Positions 25,801 to 40,800 of a stretch of DNA of 64,000 nucleotides are shown piece by piece. The translations under genes and the position numbers were made by a program. The notes below the pieces were generated by a model that was not told the DNA's origin, did no database searches, and saw nothing but the letters and a program-made list of their open reading frames with translations. Source of the DNA: Auanema rhodensis (taxonomy: Eukaryota > Animalia > Nematoda). Each line of letters opens with the position of its first letter. Position 1 is the first letter of the stretch. The stretch lies in NCBI GenBank assembly GCA_964057225.1, contig OZ059899.1, positions 20,026,001 to 20,090,000 of the forward strand. Reading direction: 5' to 3'.

Positions 25801-28800
25801 AGTTTCCATGTACACTCAACATTGCTTCCAAAAACATTTTTACAAAAATTTTTCCGGAAAATTTCGAAATAATTTCGCAAAAAGTAGATGTTTTCAGATT
25901 CCTTTTTTCAAGGCAAAGACGATGGACATTGTTATTCAACGAAAAAATTGATTCTGCAGGGTGAAAATCGAGGATATAAGTGTGAACTTATATCAGTTGA
26001 TATCTCGGTGCATTTTTAAGCTAGCGCAAATCTGATAACACAGCTCGACGCAGCTTAAAAATCCGCATCGAATGCACTATACTACATTGAAAAACGCTTA
26101 ATACAAAAATTAGTTATGATCGTTTGAAAAATGATGCATTAGTGTATGTTGAGTTTCCATGTACACTCAACATTGCTTCCAAAAACATTTTTACAAAAAT
26201 TTTTCCGAAAAATTTCAAAATAATTTCGCAAAAAGTAGATGTTTTTAGATTCCTTTTTTTAAGGCAAAAACGATGGACAATGTTATTCAACGAAAAAATT
26301 AATTCTGCAGGGTGAAAATCGAGGATATAAGTGTGAATTTATATCAGTTGATATCTCGGTGCATTTTTAAGCTAGCGCAAATCTGATAACACAGCTCGAC
26401 GCAGCTTAAAAATCCGCATCGGATGCACTATACTACATTGAGAAACGCTTAACACAAAAATTAGTTATGATTGTTTGAAAAATGATGCATTAGTGTATGT
26501 TGAGTTTCCATGTACACTCAACATTGCTTCCAAAAACATTTTTACAAAAATTTTTCCGGAAAATTTCGAAATAATTTCGCAAAAAGTAGATGTTTTCAGA
26601 TTCCTTTTTTCAAGGCAAAGACGATGGACATTGTTATTCAACGAAAAAATTGATTCTGCAGGGTGAAAATCGAGGATATAAGTGTGAACTTATATCAGTT
26701 GATATCTCGGTGCATTTTTAAGCTAGCGCAAATCTGATAACACAGCTCGACGCAGCTTAAAAATCCGCATCGAATGCACTATACTACATTGAAAAACGCT
26801 TAATACAAAAATTAGTTATGATCGTTTGAAAAATGATGCATTAGTGTATGTTGAGTTTCCATGTACACTCAACATTGCTTCCAAAAACATTTTTACAAAA
26901 ATTTTTCCGAAAAATTTCAAAATAATTTCGCAAAAAGTAGATGTTTTTAGATTCCTTTTTTTAAGGCAAAAACGATGGACAATGTTATTCAACGAAAAAA
27001 TTAATTCTGCAGGGTGAAAATCGAGGATATAAGTGTGAATTTATATCAGTTGATATCTCGGTGCATTTTTAAGCTAGCGCAAATCTGATAACACAGCTCG
27101 ACGCAGCTTAAAAATCCGCATCGAATGCACTATACTACATTGAGAAACGCTTAACACAAAAATTAGTTATGATTGTTTGAAAAATGATGCATTAGTGTAT
27201 GTTGAGTTTCCATGTACACTCAACATTGCTTCCAAAAACATTTTTACAAAAATTTTTCCGGAAAATTTCGAAATAATTTCGCAAAAAGTAGATGTTTTCA
27301 GATTCCTTTTTTCAAGGCAAAGACGATGGACATTGTTATTCAACGAAAAAATTGATTCTGCAGGGTGAAAATCGAGGATATAAGTGTGAACTTATATCAG
27401 TTGATATCTCGGTGCATTTTTAAGCTAGCGCAAATCTGATAACACAGATCGACGCAGCTTAAAAATCCGCATCGAATGCACTATACTTCATTGAGAAACG
27501 CTTGATACAAAAATTAGTTATGATCGTTTGAAAAAAGATGCATTAGTGTATGTTGAGTTTCCATGTACACTCAACATTGCTTCCAAAAACATTTTGACAA
27601 AAATTTTTCCAAAAAATTTCAAAATAATTTCGCAAAAAGTAAATGTTTTAAGATTCCTTTCTCCAAGGCAAAGACGATGGACAAAGTTATTCAACGAAAA
27701 AATTAATTCTGCAGGGTGAAAATCGAGGATATAAGTGTGAACTTATATCAGTTGATATCTCGGTGCATTTTTAAGCTAGCGCAAATCTGATAACACAGAT
27801 CGACGCAGCTTAAAACTCCGCATCGAATGCACTATACTACATTGAGAAACGCTTGATACAAAAATTAGTTATGATCGTTTGAAAAAAGATGCATTAGTGT
27901 ATGTTGAGTTTCCATGTACACTCAACATTGCTTCCAAAAACATTTTTACAAAAATTTTTCCGGAAAATTTCGAAATAATTTCGCAAAAAGTAGATGTTTT
28001 CAGATTCCTTTTTTCAAGGCAAAGACGATGGACATTGTTATTCAACGAAAAAATTGATTCTGCAGGGTGAAAATCGAGGATATAAGTGTGAACTTATATC
28101 AGTTGATATCTCGGTGCATTTTTAAGCTAGCGCAAATCTGATAACACAGCTCGACGCAGCTTAAAAATCCGCATCGAATGCACTATACTACATTGAAAAA
28201 CGCTTAATACAAAAATTAGTTATGATCGTTTGAAAAATGATGCATTAGTGTATGTTGAGTTTCCATGTACACTCAACATTGCTTCCAAAAACATTTTTAC
28301 AAAAATTTTTCCGAAAAATTTCAAAATAATTTCGCAAAAAGTAGATGTTTTTAGATTCCTTTTTTCAAGGCAAAGACGATGGACATTGTTATTCAACGAA
28401 AAAATTGATTCTGCAGGGTGAAAATCGAGGATATAAGTGTGAACTTATATCAGTTGATATCTCGGTGCATTTTTAAGCTAGCGCAAATCTGATAACACAG
28501 ATCGACGCAGCTTAAAAATCCGCATCGAATGCACTATACAACATTGAGAAACGCTTAACACAAAAATTAGTTATGATTGTTTGAAAAATGATGCATTAGT
28601 GTATGTTGAGTTTCCATGTACACTCAACATTGCTTCCAAAAACATTTTTACAAAAATTTTTCCGGAAAATTTCGAAATAATTTCGCAAAAATTAGATGTT
28701 TTCAGATTCCTTTTTTCAAGGCAAAGACGATGGACATTGTTATTCAACGAAAAAATTGATTCTGCAGGGTGAAAATCGAGGATATAAGTGTGAACTTATA

Positions 28801-31800
28801 TCAGTTGATATCTCGGTGCATTTTTAAGCTAGCGCAAATCTGATAACACAGCTCGACGCAGCTTAAAAATCCGCATCGAATGCACTATACTACATTGAAA
28901 AACGCTTAATACAAAAATTAGTTATGATCGTTTGAAAAATGATGCATTAGTGTATGTTGAGTTTCCATGTACACTCAACATTGCTTCCAAAAACATTTTT
29001 ACAAAAATTTTTCCGAAAAATTTCAAAATAATTTCGCAAAAAGTAGATGTTTTTAGATTCCTTTTTTTAAGGCAAAAACGATGGACAATGTTATTCAACG
29101 AAAAAATTAATTCTGCAGGGTGAAAATCGAGGATATAAGTGTGAATTTATATCAGTTGATATCTCGGTGCATTTTTAAGCTAGCGCAAATCTGATAACAC
29201 AGCTCGACGCAGCTTAAAAATCCGCATCGAATGCACTATACTACATTGAAAAACGCTTAATACAAAAATTAGTTATGATCGTTTGAAAAATGATGCATTA
29301 GTGTATGTTGAGTTTCCATGTACACTCAACATTGCTTCCAAAAACATTTTTACAAAAATTTTTCCGAAAAATTTCAAAATAATTTCGCAAAAAGTAGATG
29401 TTTTTAGATTCCTTTTTTTAAGGCAAAAACGATGGACAATGTTATTCAACGAAAAAATTAATTCTGCAGGGTGAAAATCGAGGATATAAGTGTGAATTTA
29501 TATCAGTTGATATCTCGGTGCATTTTTAAGCTAGCGCAAATCTGATAACACAGATCGACGCAGCTTAAAAATCCGCATCGAATGCACTATACTACATTGA
29601 AAAACGCTTAATACAAAAATTAGTTATGATCGTTTGAAAAATGATGCATTAGTGTATGTTGAGTTTCCATGTACACTCAACATTGCTTCCAAAAACATTT
29701 TTACAAAAATTTTTCCGAAAAATTTCAAAATAATTTCGCAAAAAGTAGATGTTTTTAGATTCCTTTTTTCAAGGCAAAGACGATGGACATTGTTATTCAA
29801 CGAAAAAATTGATTCTGCAGGGTGAAAATCGAGGATATAAGTGTGAACTTATATCAGTTGATATCTCGGTGCATTTTTAAGCTAGCGCAAATCTGATAAC
29901 ACAGATCGACGCAGCTTAAAAATCCGCATCGAATGCACTATACAACATTGAGAAACGCTTAACACAAAAATTAGTTATGATTGTTTGAAAAATGATGCAT
30001 TAGTGTATGTTGAGTTTCCATGTACACTCAACATTGCTTCCAAAAACATTTTTACAAAAATTTTTCCGGAAAATTTCGAAATAATTTCGCAAAAAGTAGA
30101 TGTTTTCAGATTCCTTTTTTCAAGGCAAAGACGATGGACATTGTTATTCAACGAAAAAATTGATTCTGCAGGGTGAAAATCGAGGATATAAGTGTGAACT
30201 TATATCAGTTGATATCTCGGTGCATTTTTAAGCTAGCGCAAATCTGATAACACAGCTCGACGCAGCTTAAAAATCCGCATCGAATGCACTATACTACATT
30301 GAAAAACGCTTAATACAAAAATTAGTTATGATCGTTTGAAAAATGATGCATTAGTGTATGTTGAGTTTCCATGTACACTCAACATTGCTTCCAAAAACAT
30401 TTTTACAAAAATTTTTCCGAAAAATTTCAAAATAATTTCGCAAAAAGTAGATGTTTTTAGATTCCTTTTTTTAAGGCAAAAACGATGGACAATGTTATTC
30501 AACGAAAAAATTAATTCTGCAGGGTGAAAATCGAGGATATAAGTGTGAATTTATATCAGTTGATATCTCGGTGCATTTTTAAGCTAGCGCAAATCTGATA
30601 ACACAGCTCGACGCAGCTTAAAAATCCGCATCGAATGCACTATACTACATTGAAAAACGCTTAATACAAAAATTAGTTATGATCGTTTGAAAAATGATGC
30701 ATTAGTGTATGTTGAGTTTCCATGTACACTCAACATTGCTTCCAAAAACATTTTTACAAAAATTTTTCCGAAAAATTTCAAAATAATTTCGCAAAAAGTA
30801 GATGTTTTTAGATTCCTTTTTTTAAGGCAAAAACGATGGACAATGTTATTCAACGAAAAAATTAATTCTGCAGGGTGAAAATCGAGGATATAAGTGTGAA
30901 TTTATATCAGTTGATATCTCGGTGCATTTTTAAGCTAGCGCAAATCTGATAACACAGATCGACGCAGCTTAAAACTCCGCATCGAATGCACTATACTACA
31001 TTGAGAAACGCTTGATACAAAAATTAGTTATGATCGTTTGAAAAAAGATGCATTAGTGTATGTTGAGTTTCCATGTACACTCAACATTGCTTCCAAAAAC
31101 ATTTTGACAAAAATTTTTCCAAAAAATTTCAAAATAATTTCGCAAAAAGTAGATGTTTTTAGATTCCTTTTTTCAAGGCAAAGACGATGGACATTGTTAT
31201 TCAACGAAAAAATTGATTCTGCAGGGTGAAAATCGAGGATATAAGTGTGAACTTATATCAGTTGATATCTCGGTGCATTTTTAAGCTAGCGCAAATCTGA
31301 TAACACAGATCGACGCAGCTTAAAAATCCGCATCGAATGCACTATACAACATTGAGAAACGCTTAACACAAAAATTAGTTATGATTGTTTGAAAAATGAT
31401 GCATTAGTGTATGTTGAGTTTCCATGTACACTCAACATTGCTTCCAAAAACATTTTTACAAAAATTTTTCCGGAAAATTTCGAAATAATTTCGCAAAAAG
31501 TAGATGTTTTCAGATTCCTTTTTTCAAAGCAAAGACGATGGACATTGTTATTCAACGAAAAAATTGATTCTGCAGGGTGAAAATCGAGGATATAAGTGTG
31601 AACTTATATCAGTTGATATCTCGGTGCATTTTTAAGCTAGCGCAAATCTGATAACACAGATCGACGCAGCTTAAAAATCCGCATCGAATGCACTATACTT
31701 CATTGAGAAACGCTTGATACAAAAATTAGTTATGATCGTTTGAAAAAAGATGCATTAGTGTATGTTGAGTTTCCATGTACACTCAACATTGCTTCCAAAA

Positions 31801-34800
31801 ACATTTTGACAAAAATTTTTCCAAAAAATTTCAAAATAATTTCGCAAAAAGGAAATGTTTTAAGATTCCTTTCTCCAAGGCAAAGACGATGGACAAAGTT
31901 ATTCAACGAAAAAATTAATTCTGCAGGGTGAAAATCGAGGATATAAGTGTGAACTTATATCAGTTGATATCTCGGTGCATTTTTAAGCTAGCGCAAATCT
32001 GATAACACAGATCGACGCAGCTTAAAAATCCGCATCGAATGCACTATACAACATTGAGAAACGCTCAACACAAAAATTAGTTATGATCGTTTGAAAAATG
32101 ATGCATTAGTGTATGTTGAGTTTCCATGTACACTCAACATTGCTTCCAAAAACATTTTTACAAAAATTTTTCCGAAAAATTTCGAAATAATTTCGCAAAA
32201 AGTAGATGTTTTTAGATTCCTTTTTTCAAGGCAAAGACGATGGACATTGTTATTCAACGAAAAAATTGATTCTGCAGGGTGAAAATCGAGGATATAAGTG
32301 TGAACTTATATCAGTTGATATCTCGGTGCATTTTTAAGCTAGCGCAAATCTGATAACACAGATCGACGCAGCTTAAAAATCCGCATCGAATGCACTATAC
32401 AACATTGAGAAACGCTTAACACAAAAATTAGTTATGATTGTTTGAAAAATGATGCATTAGTGTATGTTGAGTTTCCATGTACACTCAACATTGCTTCCAA
32501 AAACATTTTTACAAAAATTTTTCCGAAAAATTTCAAGATAATTTCGCAAAAAGTAGATGTTTATAGATTCCTTTTTTTAAGGCAAAGACGATGGACAATG
32601 TTATTCAACGAAAAAATTAATTCTGCAGGGTGAAAATCGAGGATATAAGTGTGAATTTATATCAGTTGATATCTCGGTGCATTTTTAAGCTAGCGCAAAT
32701 CTGATAACACAGATCGACGCAGCTTAAAAATCCGCATCGAATGCACTATACTACATTGAGAAACGCTTGATAAAAAAATTAGTTATGATCGTTTGAAAAA
32801 AGATGCATTAGTGTATGTTGAGTTTCCATGTACACTCAACATTGCTTCCAAAAACATTTTGACAAAAATTTTTCCAAAAAATTTCAAAATAATTTCGCAA
32901 AAAGTAAATGTTTTTAGATTCCTTTCTCCAAGGCAAAGACGATGGACAAAGTTATTCAACGAAAAAATTAATTCTGCAGGGTGAAAATCGAGGATATAAG
33001 TGTGAACTTATATCAGTTGATATCTCGGTGCATTTTTAAGCTAGCGCAAATCTGATAACACAGATCGACGCAGCTTAAAAATCCGCATCGAATGCACTAT
33101 ACAACATTGAGAAACGCTTAACACAAAAATTAGTTATGATCGTTTGAAAAATGATGCATTAGTGTATGTTGAGTTTCCATGTACACTCAACATTGCTTCC
33201 AAAAACATTTTTACAAAAATTTTTCCGAAAAATTTCGAAATAATTTCGCAAAAAGTAGATGTTTTTAGATTCCTTTTTTCAAGGCAAAGACGATGGACAT
33301 TGTTATTCAACGAAAAAATTGATTCTGCAGGGTGAAAATCGAGGATATAAGTGTGAACTTATATCAGTTGATATCTCGGTGCATTTTTAAGCTAGCGCAA
33401 ATCTGATAACACAGATCGACGCAGCTTAAAAATCCGCATCGAATGCACTATACTACATTGAGAAACGCTTGATACAAAAATTAGTTATGATCGTTTGAAA
33501 AAAGATGCATTAGTGTATGTTGAGTTTCCATGTACACTCAACATTGCTTCCAAAAACATTTTGACAAAAATTTTTCCAAAAAATTTCAAAATAATTTCGC
33601 AAAAAGTAAATGTTTTTAGATTCCTTTCTCCAAGGCAAAGACGATGGACAAAGTTATTCAACGAAAAAATTAATTCTGCAGGGTGAAAATCGAGGATATA
33701 AGTGTGAACTTATATCAGTTGATATCTCGGTGCATTTTTAAGCTAGCGCAAATCTGATAACACAGATCGACGCAGCTTAAAAATCCGCATCGAATGCACT
33801 ATACTACATTGAGAAACGCTTGATACAAAAATTAGTTATGATCGTTTGAAAAAAGATGCATTAGTGTATGTTGAGTTTCCATGTACACTCAACATTGCTT
33901 CCAAAAACATTTTGACAAAAATTTTTCCAAAAAATTTCAAAATAATTTCGCAAAAAGTAAATGTTTTTAGATTCCTTTCTCCAAGGCAAAGACGATGGAC
34001 AAAGTTATTCAACGAAAAAATTAATTCTGCAGGGTGAAAATCGAGGATATAAGTGTGAACTTATATCAGTTGATATCTCGGTGCATTTTTAAGCTAGCTC
34101 AAATCTGATAACACAGATCGACGCAGCTTAAAAATCCGCATCGAATGCACTATACTACATTGAGAAACGCTTGATACAAAAATTAGTTATGATCGTTTGA
34201 AAAATGATGCATTAGTGTATGTTGAGTTTCCATGTACACTCAACATTGCTTCCAAAAACATTTTTACAAAAATTTTTCCGAAAAATTTCGAAATAATTTC
34301 GCAAAAAGTAGATGTTTTTAGATTCCTTTTTTCAAGGCAAAGACGATGGACATTGTTATTCAACGAAAAAATTGATTCTGCAGGGTGAAAATCGAGGATA
34401 TAAGTGTGAACTTATATCAGTTGATATCTCGGTGCATTTTTAAGCTAGCGCAAATCTGATAACACAGATCGACGCAGCTTAAAAATCCGCATCGAATGCA
34501 CTATACAACATTGAGAAACGCTCAACACAAAAATTAGTTATGATCGTTTGAAAAATGATGCATTAGTGTATGTTGAGTTTCCATGTACACTCAACATTGC
34601 TTCCAAAAACATTTTTACAAAAATTTTTCCGAAAAATTTCGAAATAATTTCGCAAAAAGTAGATGTTTTTAGATTCCTTTTTTCAAGGCAAAGACGATGG
34701 ACATTGTTATTCAACGAAAAAATTAATTCTGCAGGGTGAAAATCGAGGATATAAGTGTGAACTTATATCAGTTGATATCTCGGTGCATTTTTAAGCTAGC

Positions 34801-37800
34801 GCAAATCTGATAACACAGATCGACGCAGCTTAAAAATCCGCATCGAATGCACTATACTTCATTGAGAAACGCTTGATACAAAAATTAGTTATGATCGTTT
34901 GAAAAAAGATGCATTAGTGTATGTTGAGTTTCCATGTACACTCAACATTGCTTCCAAAAACATTTTGACAAAAATTTTTCCAAAAAATTTCAAAATAATT
35001 TCGCAAAAAGTAAATGTTTTAAGATTCCTTTCTCCAAGGCAAAGACGATGGACAAAGTTATTCAACGAAAAAATTAATTCTGCAGGGTGAAAATCGAGGA
35101 TATAAGTGTGAACTTATATCAGTTGATATCTCGGTGCATTTTTAAGCTAGCGCAAATCTGATAACACAGATCGACGCAGCTTAAAAATCCGCATCGAATG
35201 CACTATACAACATTGAGAAACGCTCAACACAAAAATTAGTTATGATCGTTTGAAAAATGATGCATTAGTGTATGTTGAGTTTCCATGTACACTCAACATT
35301 GCTTCCAAAAACATTTTTACAAAAATTTTTCCGAAAAATTTCGAAATAATTTCGCAAAAAGTAGATGTTTTTAGATTCCTTTTTTCAAGGCAAAGACGAT
35401 GGACATTGTTATTCAACGAAAAAATTGATTCTGCAGGGTGAAAATCGAGGATATAAGTGTGAACTTATATCAGTTGATATCTCGGTGCATTTTTAAGCTA
35501 GCGCAAATCTGATAACACAGATCGACGCAGCTTAAAAATCCGCATCGAATGCACTATACAACATTGAGAAACGCTTAACACAAAAATTAGTTATGATTGT
35601 TTGAAAAATGATGCATTAGTGTATGTTGAGTTTCCATGTACACTCAACATTGCTTCCAAAAACATTTTTACAAAAATTTTTCCGAAAAATTTCGAAATAA
35701 TTTCGCAAAAAGTAGATGTTTTTAGATTCCTTTTTTCAAGGCAAAGACGATGGACATTGTTATTCAACGAAAAAATTGATTCTGCAGGGTGAAAATCGAG
35801 GATATAAGTGTGAACTTATATCAGTTGATATCTCGGTGCATTTTTAAGCTAGCGCAAATCTGATAACACAGATCGACGCAGCTTAAAAATCCGCATCGAA
35901 TGCACTATACAACATTGAGAAACGCTCAACACAAAAATTAGTTATGATCGTTTGAAAAATGATGCATTAGTGTATGTTGAGTTTCCATGTACACTCAACA
36001 TTGCTTCCAAAAACATTTTTACAAAAATTTTTCCGAAAAATTTCGAAATAATTTCGCAAAAAGTAGATGTTTTTAGATTCCTTTTTTCAAGGCAAAGACG
36101 ATGGACATTGTTATTCAACGAAAAAATTAATTCTGCAGGGTGAAAATCGAGGATATAAGTGTGAACTTATATCAGTTGATATCTCGGTGCATTTTTAAGC
36201 TAGCGCAAATCTGATAACACAGATCGACGCAGCTTAAAAATCCGCATCGAATGCACTATACTTCATTGAGAAACGCTTGATACAAAAATTAGTTATGATC
36301 GTTTGAAAAAAGATGCATTAGTGTATGTTGAGTTTCCATGTACACTCAACATTGCTTCCAAAAACATTTTGACAAAAATTTTTCCAAAAAATTTCAAAAT
36401 AATTTCGCAAAAAGTAAATGTTTTAAGATTCCTTTCTCCGAGGCAAAGACGATGGACAAAGTTATTCAACGAAAAAATTAATTCTGCAGGGTGAAAATCG
36501 AGGATATAAGTGTGAACTTATATCAGTTGATATCTCGGTGCATTTTTAAGCTAGCGCAAATCTGATAACACAGATCGACGCAGCTTAAAAATCCGCATCG
36601 AATGCACTATACAACATTGAGAAACGCTCAACACAAAAATTAGTTATGATCGTTTGAAAAATGATGCATTAGTGTATGTTGAGTTTCCATGTACACTCAA
36701 CATTGCTTCCAAAAACATTTTTACAAAAATTTTTCCGAAAAATTTCGAAATAATTTCGCAAAAAGTAGATGTTTTTAGATTCCTTTTTTCAAGGCAAAGA
36801 CGATGGACATTGTTATTCAACGAAAAAATTGATTCTGCAGGGTGAAAATCGAGGATATAAGTGTGAACTTATATCAGTTGATATCTCGGTGCATTTTTAA
36901 GCTAGCGCAAATCTGATAACACAGATCGACGCAGCTTAAAAATCCGCATCGAATGCACTATACAACATTGAGAAACGCTTAACACAAAAATTAGTTATGA
37001 TTGTTTGAAAAATGATGCATTAGTGTATGTTGAGTTTCCATGTACACTCAACATTGCTTCCAAAAACATTTTTACAAAAATTTTTCCGAAAAATTTCAAG
37101 ATAATTTCGCAAAAAGTAGATGTTTTTAGATTCCTTTTTCTAAGGCAAAGACGATGGACAATGTTATTCAACGAAAAAATTAATTCTGCAGGGTGAAAAT
37201 CGAGGATATAAGTGTGAATTTATATCAGTTGATATCTCGGTGCATTTTTAAGCTAGCGCAAATCTGATAACACAGATCGACGCAGCTTAAAAATCCGCAT
37301 CGAATGCACTATACTACATTGAGAAACGCTTGATAAAAAAATTAGTTATGATCGTTTGAAAAAAGATGCATTAGTGTATGTTGAGTTTCCATGTACACTC
37401 AACATTGCTTCCAAAAACATTTTGACAAAAATTTTTCCAAAAAATTTCAAAATAATTTCGCAAAAAGTAGATGTTTTTAGATTCCTTTTTTCAAGGCAAA
37501 GACGATGGACATTGTTATTCAACGAAAAAATTGATTCTGCAGGGTGAAAATCGAGGATATAAGTGTGAACTTATATCAGTTGATATCTCGGTGCATTTTT
37601 AAGCTAGCGCAAATCTGATAACACAGATCGACGCAGCTTAAAAATCCGCATCGAATGCACTATACTTCATTGAGAAACGCTTGATACAAAAATTAGTTAT
37701 GATCGTTTGAAAAAAGATGCATTAGTGTATGTTGAGTTTCCATGTACACTCAACATTGCTTCCAAAAACATTTTGACAAAAATTTTTCCAAAAAATTTCA

Positions 37801-40800
37801 AAATAATTTCGCAAAAAGTAAATGTTTTAAGATTCCTTTCTCCAAGGCAAAGACGATGGACAAAGTTATTCAACGAAAAAATTAATTCTGCAGGGTGAAA
37901 ATCGAGGATATAAGTGTGAACTTATATCAGTTGATATCTCGGTGCATTTTTAAGCTAGCGCAAATCTGATAACACAGATCGACGCAGCTTAAAAATCCGC
38001 ATCGAATGCACTATACAACATTGAGAAACGCTCAACACAAAAATTAGTTATGATCGTTTGAAAAATGATGCATTAGTGTATGTTGAGTTTCCATGTACAC
38101 TCAACATTGCTTCCAAAAACATTTTTACAAAAATTTTTCCGAAAAATTTCGAAATAATTTCGCAAAAAGTAGATGTTTTTAGATTCCTTTTTTCAAGGCA
38201 AAGACGATGGACATTGTTATTCAACGAAAAAATTGATTCTGCAGGGTGAAAATCGAGGATATAAGTGTGAACTTATATCAGTTGATATCTCGGTGCATTT
38301 TTAAGCTAGCGCAAATCTGATAACACAGATCGACGCAGCTTAAAAATCCGCATCGAATGCACTATACAACATTGAGAAACGCTTAACACAAAAATTAGTT
38401 ATGATTGTTTGAAAAATGATGCATTAGTGTATGTTGAGTTTCCATGTACACTCAACATTGCTTCCAAAAACATTTTTACAAAAATTTTTCCGAAAAATTT
38501 CAAGATAATTTCGCAAAAAGTAGATGTTTTTAGATTCCTTTTTTTAAGGCAAAGACGATGGACAATGTTATTCAACGAAAAAATTAATTCTGCAGGGTGA
38601 AAATCGAGGATATAAGTGTGAATTTATATCAGTTGATATCTCGGTGCATTTTTAAGCTAGCGCAAATCTGATAACACAGATCGACGCAGCTTAAAAATCC
38701 GCATCGAATGCACTATACTACATTGAGAAACGCTTGATAAAAAAATTAGTTATGATCGTTTGAAAAAAGATGCATTAGTGTATGTTGAGTTTCCATGTAC
38801 ACTCAACATTGCTTCCAAAAACATTTTGACAAAAATTTTTCCAAAAAATTTCAAAATAATTTCGCAAAAAGTAAATGTTTTTAGATTCCTTTCTCCAAGG
38901 CAAAGACGATGGACAAAGTTATTCAACGAAAAAATTAATTCTGCAGGGTGAAAATCGAGGATATAAGTGTGAACTTATATCAGTTGATATCTCGGTGCAT
39001 TTTTAAGCTAGCGCAAATCTGATAACACAGATCGACGCAGCTTAAAAATCCGCATCGAATGCACTATACAACATTGAGAAACGCTTAACACAAAAATTAG
39101 TTATGATCGTTTGAAAAATGATGCATTAGTGTATGTTGAGTTTCCATGTACACTCAACATTGCTTCCAAAAACATTTTTACAAAAATTTTTCCGAAAAAT
39201 TTCGAAATAATTTCGCAAAAAGTAGATGTTTTTAGATTCCTTTTTTCAAGGCAAAGACGATGGACATTGTTATTCAACGAAAAAATTGATTCTGCAGGGT
39301 GAAAATCGAGGATATAAGTGTGAACTTATATCAGTTGATATCTCGGTGCATTTTTAAGCTAGCGCAAATCTGATAACACAGATCGACGCAGCTTAAAAAT
39401 CCGCATCGAATGCACTATACTACATTGAGAAACGCTTGATACAAAAATTAGTTATGATCGTTTGAAAAAAGATGCATTAGTGTATGTTGAGTTTCCATGT
39501 ACACTCAACATTGCTTCCAAAAACATTTTGACAAAAATTTTTCCAAAAAATTTCAAAATAATTTCGCAAAAAGTAAATGTTTTTAGATTCCTTTCTCCAA
39601 GGCAAAGACGATGGACAAAGTTATTCAACGAAAAAATTAATTCTGCAGGGTGAAAATCGAGGATATAAGTGTGAACTTATATCAGTTGATATCTCGGTGC
39701 ATTTTTAAGCTAGCGCAAATCTGATAACACAGATCGACGCAGCTTAAAAATCCGCATCGAATGCACTATACTACATTGAGAAACGCTTGATACAAAAATT
39801 AGTTATGATCGTTTGAAAAAAGATGCATTAGTGTATGTTGAGTTTCCATGTACACTCAACATTGCTTCCAAAAACATTTTGACAAAAATTTTTCCAAAAA
39901 ATTTCAAAATAATTTCGCAAAAAGTAAATGTTTTTAGATTCCTTTCTCCAAGGCAAAGACGATGGACAAAGTTATTCAACGAAAAAATTAATTCTGCAGG
40001 GTGAAAATCGAGGATATAAGTGTGAACTTATATCAGTTGATATCTCGGTGCATTTTTAAGCTAGCGCAAATCTGATAACACAGATCGACGCAGCTTAAAA
40101 ATCCGCATCGAATGCACTATACTACATTGAGAAACGCTTGATACAAAAATTAGTTATGATCGTTTGAAAAAAGATGCATTAGTGTATGTTGAGTTTCCAT
40201 GTACACTCAACATTGCTTCCAAAAACATTTTGACAAAAATTTTTCCAAAAAATTTCAAAATAATTTCGCAAAAAGTAGATGTTTTTAGATTCCTTTTTTC
40301 AAGGCAAAGACGATGGACATTGTTATTCAACGAAAAAATTGATTCTGCAGGGTGAAAATCGAGGATATAAGTGTGAACTTATATCAGTTGATATCTCGGT
40401 GCATTTTTAAGCTAGCGCAAATCTGATAACACAGATCGACGCAGCTTAAAAATCCGCATCGAATGCACTATACAACATTGAGAAACGCTTAACACAAAAA
40501 TTAGTTATGATTGTTTGAAAAATGATGCATTAGTGTATGTTGAGTTTCCATGTACACTCAACATTGCTTCCAAAAACATTTTTACAAAAATTTTTCCGGA
40601 AAATTTCGAAATAATTTCGCAAAAAGTAGATGTTTTCAGATTCCTTTTTTCAAGGCAAAGACGATGGACATTGTTATTCAACGAAAAAATTGATTCTGCA
40701 GGGTGAAAATCGAGGATATAAGTGTGAACTTATATCAGTTGATATCTCGGTGCATTTTTAAGCTAGCGCAAATCTGATAACACAGCTCGACGCAGCTTAA